Source: Paraglomus brasilianum
Lineage: Eukaryota
Reading direction: 5' to 3'
NCBI GenBank assembly: GCA_910592345.1
Contig: CAJVPI010000258.1
Span: 1-38,364 of the forward strand
Length of the DNA stretch: 38,364 bases
Below are positions 36,046-38,364 of the stretch, piece after piece. Position numbers and translations under genes: made by a program. The notes under the pieces were generated by a model. It saw only the letters and a program-made list of their open reading frames with translations. It ran no database searches and was not told the origin of the DNA. Position 1 is the stretch's first letter. The number at the start of each line of letters is the position of its first letter.

Positions 36046-38311
36046 CTACATATCCGGAATAAACAAGTCAAGTTGTTTGGAATCTATTCAAAAATAAATG
36101 ATAATCAACATGATGTCAAGAAGACCGACGTGCCAATATCTCTGAACATATTATTACGTACCAAATGTTATTTCTTCATTAGAAATTGCAGGACCGACCC
36201 GATTTGAATCTGGTCAATGGCATATAAAGCGTCAGGTTAATAAATTGACATTACGCTAGCTTATAAAAGATTTAACAAGAAGGCCTTACCGTGATCGCTT
36301 CCATCTACATTTATCCGGAGACTTTCAAAGTTAAATACTCTACTGAAGTAAACTGCTTCGGGATGAGCTGGTTTCTCTGTTAACTTGGCACGATGATTTT
36401 TTAGCATGTTCCTAGCCCTCTCAAGTGCTGGAATATACTCCCGGTTATAATCTTGATTCCACTGGTTTATATTGAAAAAAAGGTTGTGAGCGGATGGACG
36501 CTTTTCCGGGTCAGGATCAACGCATCTCTTGTAGATGATTCTGTAGAATTCTGGCGCCCACGGGCTCAATTCCGGTCTAGCACCTTGGCAAATACTTTGG
36601 GCTAAAGACAAATCATGAGCTCTATTCTTGAATGGAGTGTCTTCCATTTCAAACATCCACATTATGAGTCCAAATGCATAAATATCTGCACTCTGAAGAA
36701 CAATATTGTAAGAATGTGTTGAATAATGTGTATGTGGACAGTGACATTGCACACACGAAGTAAATTTTAACAAATACCTGTGTGTACGGTTTACCACCAA
36801 GAACCTCTGGCGCAACATATGGCATCACTCCAAATACTTCCTTATGCTTCTCAGCATCATCTTTGTGAATTGAAAGCCCATAATCGGTGAGATCCGCATT
36901 ATTTTCTCTACTCTCAACAAGGACGTTCCCTCCATGGATATCTCGGTGGATCATTCCGGCATTATGGAACTCTTCCAAGCTTGTGGCCAGTTTTAAAAGA
37001 ATCTGTAACTTGCGACTCCACGAGAGGTCAGGATTTTTGCGCAAGAAGGTAGTCAAATCCCCAAGATCGGCAAAATCCATGACCAGGATATGTTTGCCTG
37101 TAGTCATTAAGCGTGATACACCCACGATACACATCTTTTGCGACGACGGACCCTGGAGTTTCGAAACCATTGTCGCGCCCACGCTTAACTTTCGTGAAAA
37201 GAAAACAAGAGTTGAGAATTTTTCAAATAATAAGGGGAACCTGCATTTCAAGGCATACCTCTTGCAAAAAGTCGTCTTCACTGCCATTTCTATCAAAAAG
37301 AAGTTTGACTGCAACTTTTCGAGGTTCTCTTCGTACAACACGTCTACCGTCGTTCCCAAAATCTACTCCCAAAAATTTCCCATCTATCCAATCCGCAGCA
37401 TAGATCTTTCCGAATCCTCCCTTTCCAATCTCAACTAAATTATCGAGATGATCGGGTTGAATCCACCGAAGACACATAAAGCTGTGCTTGTTCGCTTTCT
37501 CTTGAGTGCTTCGTATGACTGCATCGTAACTGGCGTTACCCGTTGTCCAACCTTCCATTAATTCCTTTCGATCACATTTATCACACCAAAAGTCATTGCT
37601 CGGAAAAGTCTTGCCGCAGGTAGAACAAAAGCCATGTGATACAAACGCATATGCACCCGTGGCCTCAATACGCGAGATTCCAAAGAGTGTCAATTCTTCG
37701 CCGCCCTGGCAAACTAACGATGCTCCTTCCTGCAGCTATTTCGCCAGACCAAAAAAGCAAAAGAAAAAACAACAACAACTTATTATCAAGCATAGCGTAA
37801 ATCGAGATCATGATATCATCGTGAATTAACTAGCTACCTCACATAAAAATTTATCTTCAGATTGATCGCTCTTGGGGTAAACCTTGAGAAAAACCTTCAA
37901 AGATCCCCAAATCTCTCGCTTTTTACCAGACTCGTCGTTATAAACTCCCTTGAAAGACCCATCAAGCCAATCTGCATAATACAGCGTTCCGAATTCCCCG
38001 CAGACAACCTGGACCAAATTCTGAATTCGATCGGGGGCAATCCATTTGAGGCAAGGAAACGGAATCACACTATTCACGTCCTTTTGTGTTTCTTTGAGTA
38101 TTTCATCATATTTTTCGTGACCGCTTGTCCATCCTTCCATTAATTCCTTTCTCTTACATTGTCGGCACCAAGTCGTAATATAATTATTCAAAAACCAACC
38201 ACAGTCGTCACAAACACCTCCTGATACTATTCCCAACCTATTCGTCTCCTTCTGTCTTGTAATTCCAAAGATGCGTAAGATAGTATGGCCATATCTTTCC
38301 CAATCCTTCAA
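36046..38311 (-). CDS. TKL-like kinase preceded by tandem Cys4-knuckle + kinase N-lobe modules; 5' end lies beyond the window
   Basis: Exons 38311-37838, 37735-37259, 37188-36778, 36692-36290, 36209-36162 and 36083-36046 splice in frame. The complete kinase has IGKGGFGKIY, VAVK, FLQE, HRDIHGGN, DYG, GVMPYVAPE, ADIYAFG and CVDPDPEKRPS, with an HPEAVYFSR tail. The two last small exons are less certain. Confidence 0.88.
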
Positions 38312-38364
38312 CTAAAAAAATGACATAATTTAATTCATCAGTATTGAATATAAAATTTCCGCCG

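Noticed and set aside
36887..37438. 183-aa plus-strand ORF and other antisense ORFs (e.g. 30598-30960, 18143-18469, 1431-1870)
   Set aside because: They are antisense shadows of well-supported spliced genes and have no recognisable motifs.

Overview
Intron-rich, AT-rich eukaryotic DNA from an early-diverging fungus. The kinase types suggest Mucoromycota (Glomeromycotina/Endogonales-like), which is an inference. Splicing by hand supports eight protein-coding genes: a small At2g23090/ZNF706-like zinc-finger gene, a bestrophin/UPF0187 channel with a GC-AG intron, glycogen phosphorylase (~20 exons), V-ATPase subunit F, a 164-aa uncharacterised protein with a C-terminal MGYRDDCEKC-x5-GHYSH motif, splicing factor SF3B2/CUS1, an Asi1/Asi3-like membrane RING ligase, and a 5'-truncated kinase carrying tandem zinc-knuckle plus kinase-N-lobe modules. 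There is also a kinase-TPR gene with 14 perfectly phased 102-bp repeats (the last one cut by a TGA), and next to it a heavily deleted tandem pseudogene copy. The intergenic DNA holds transposon relics: scrambled Tc1 fragments, nested pogo/Tigger-like elements, and a 542-bp Tc1/mariner-type MITE. The most notable item, missed by the ORF track, is a frameshifted Fanzor2/IS607-type TnpB RNA-guided nuclease relic at ~19010-19885 that still encodes all three RuvC acidic motifs. A bacterial-style tRNA-Ser(GGA) 5' half lies at 5352-5401.
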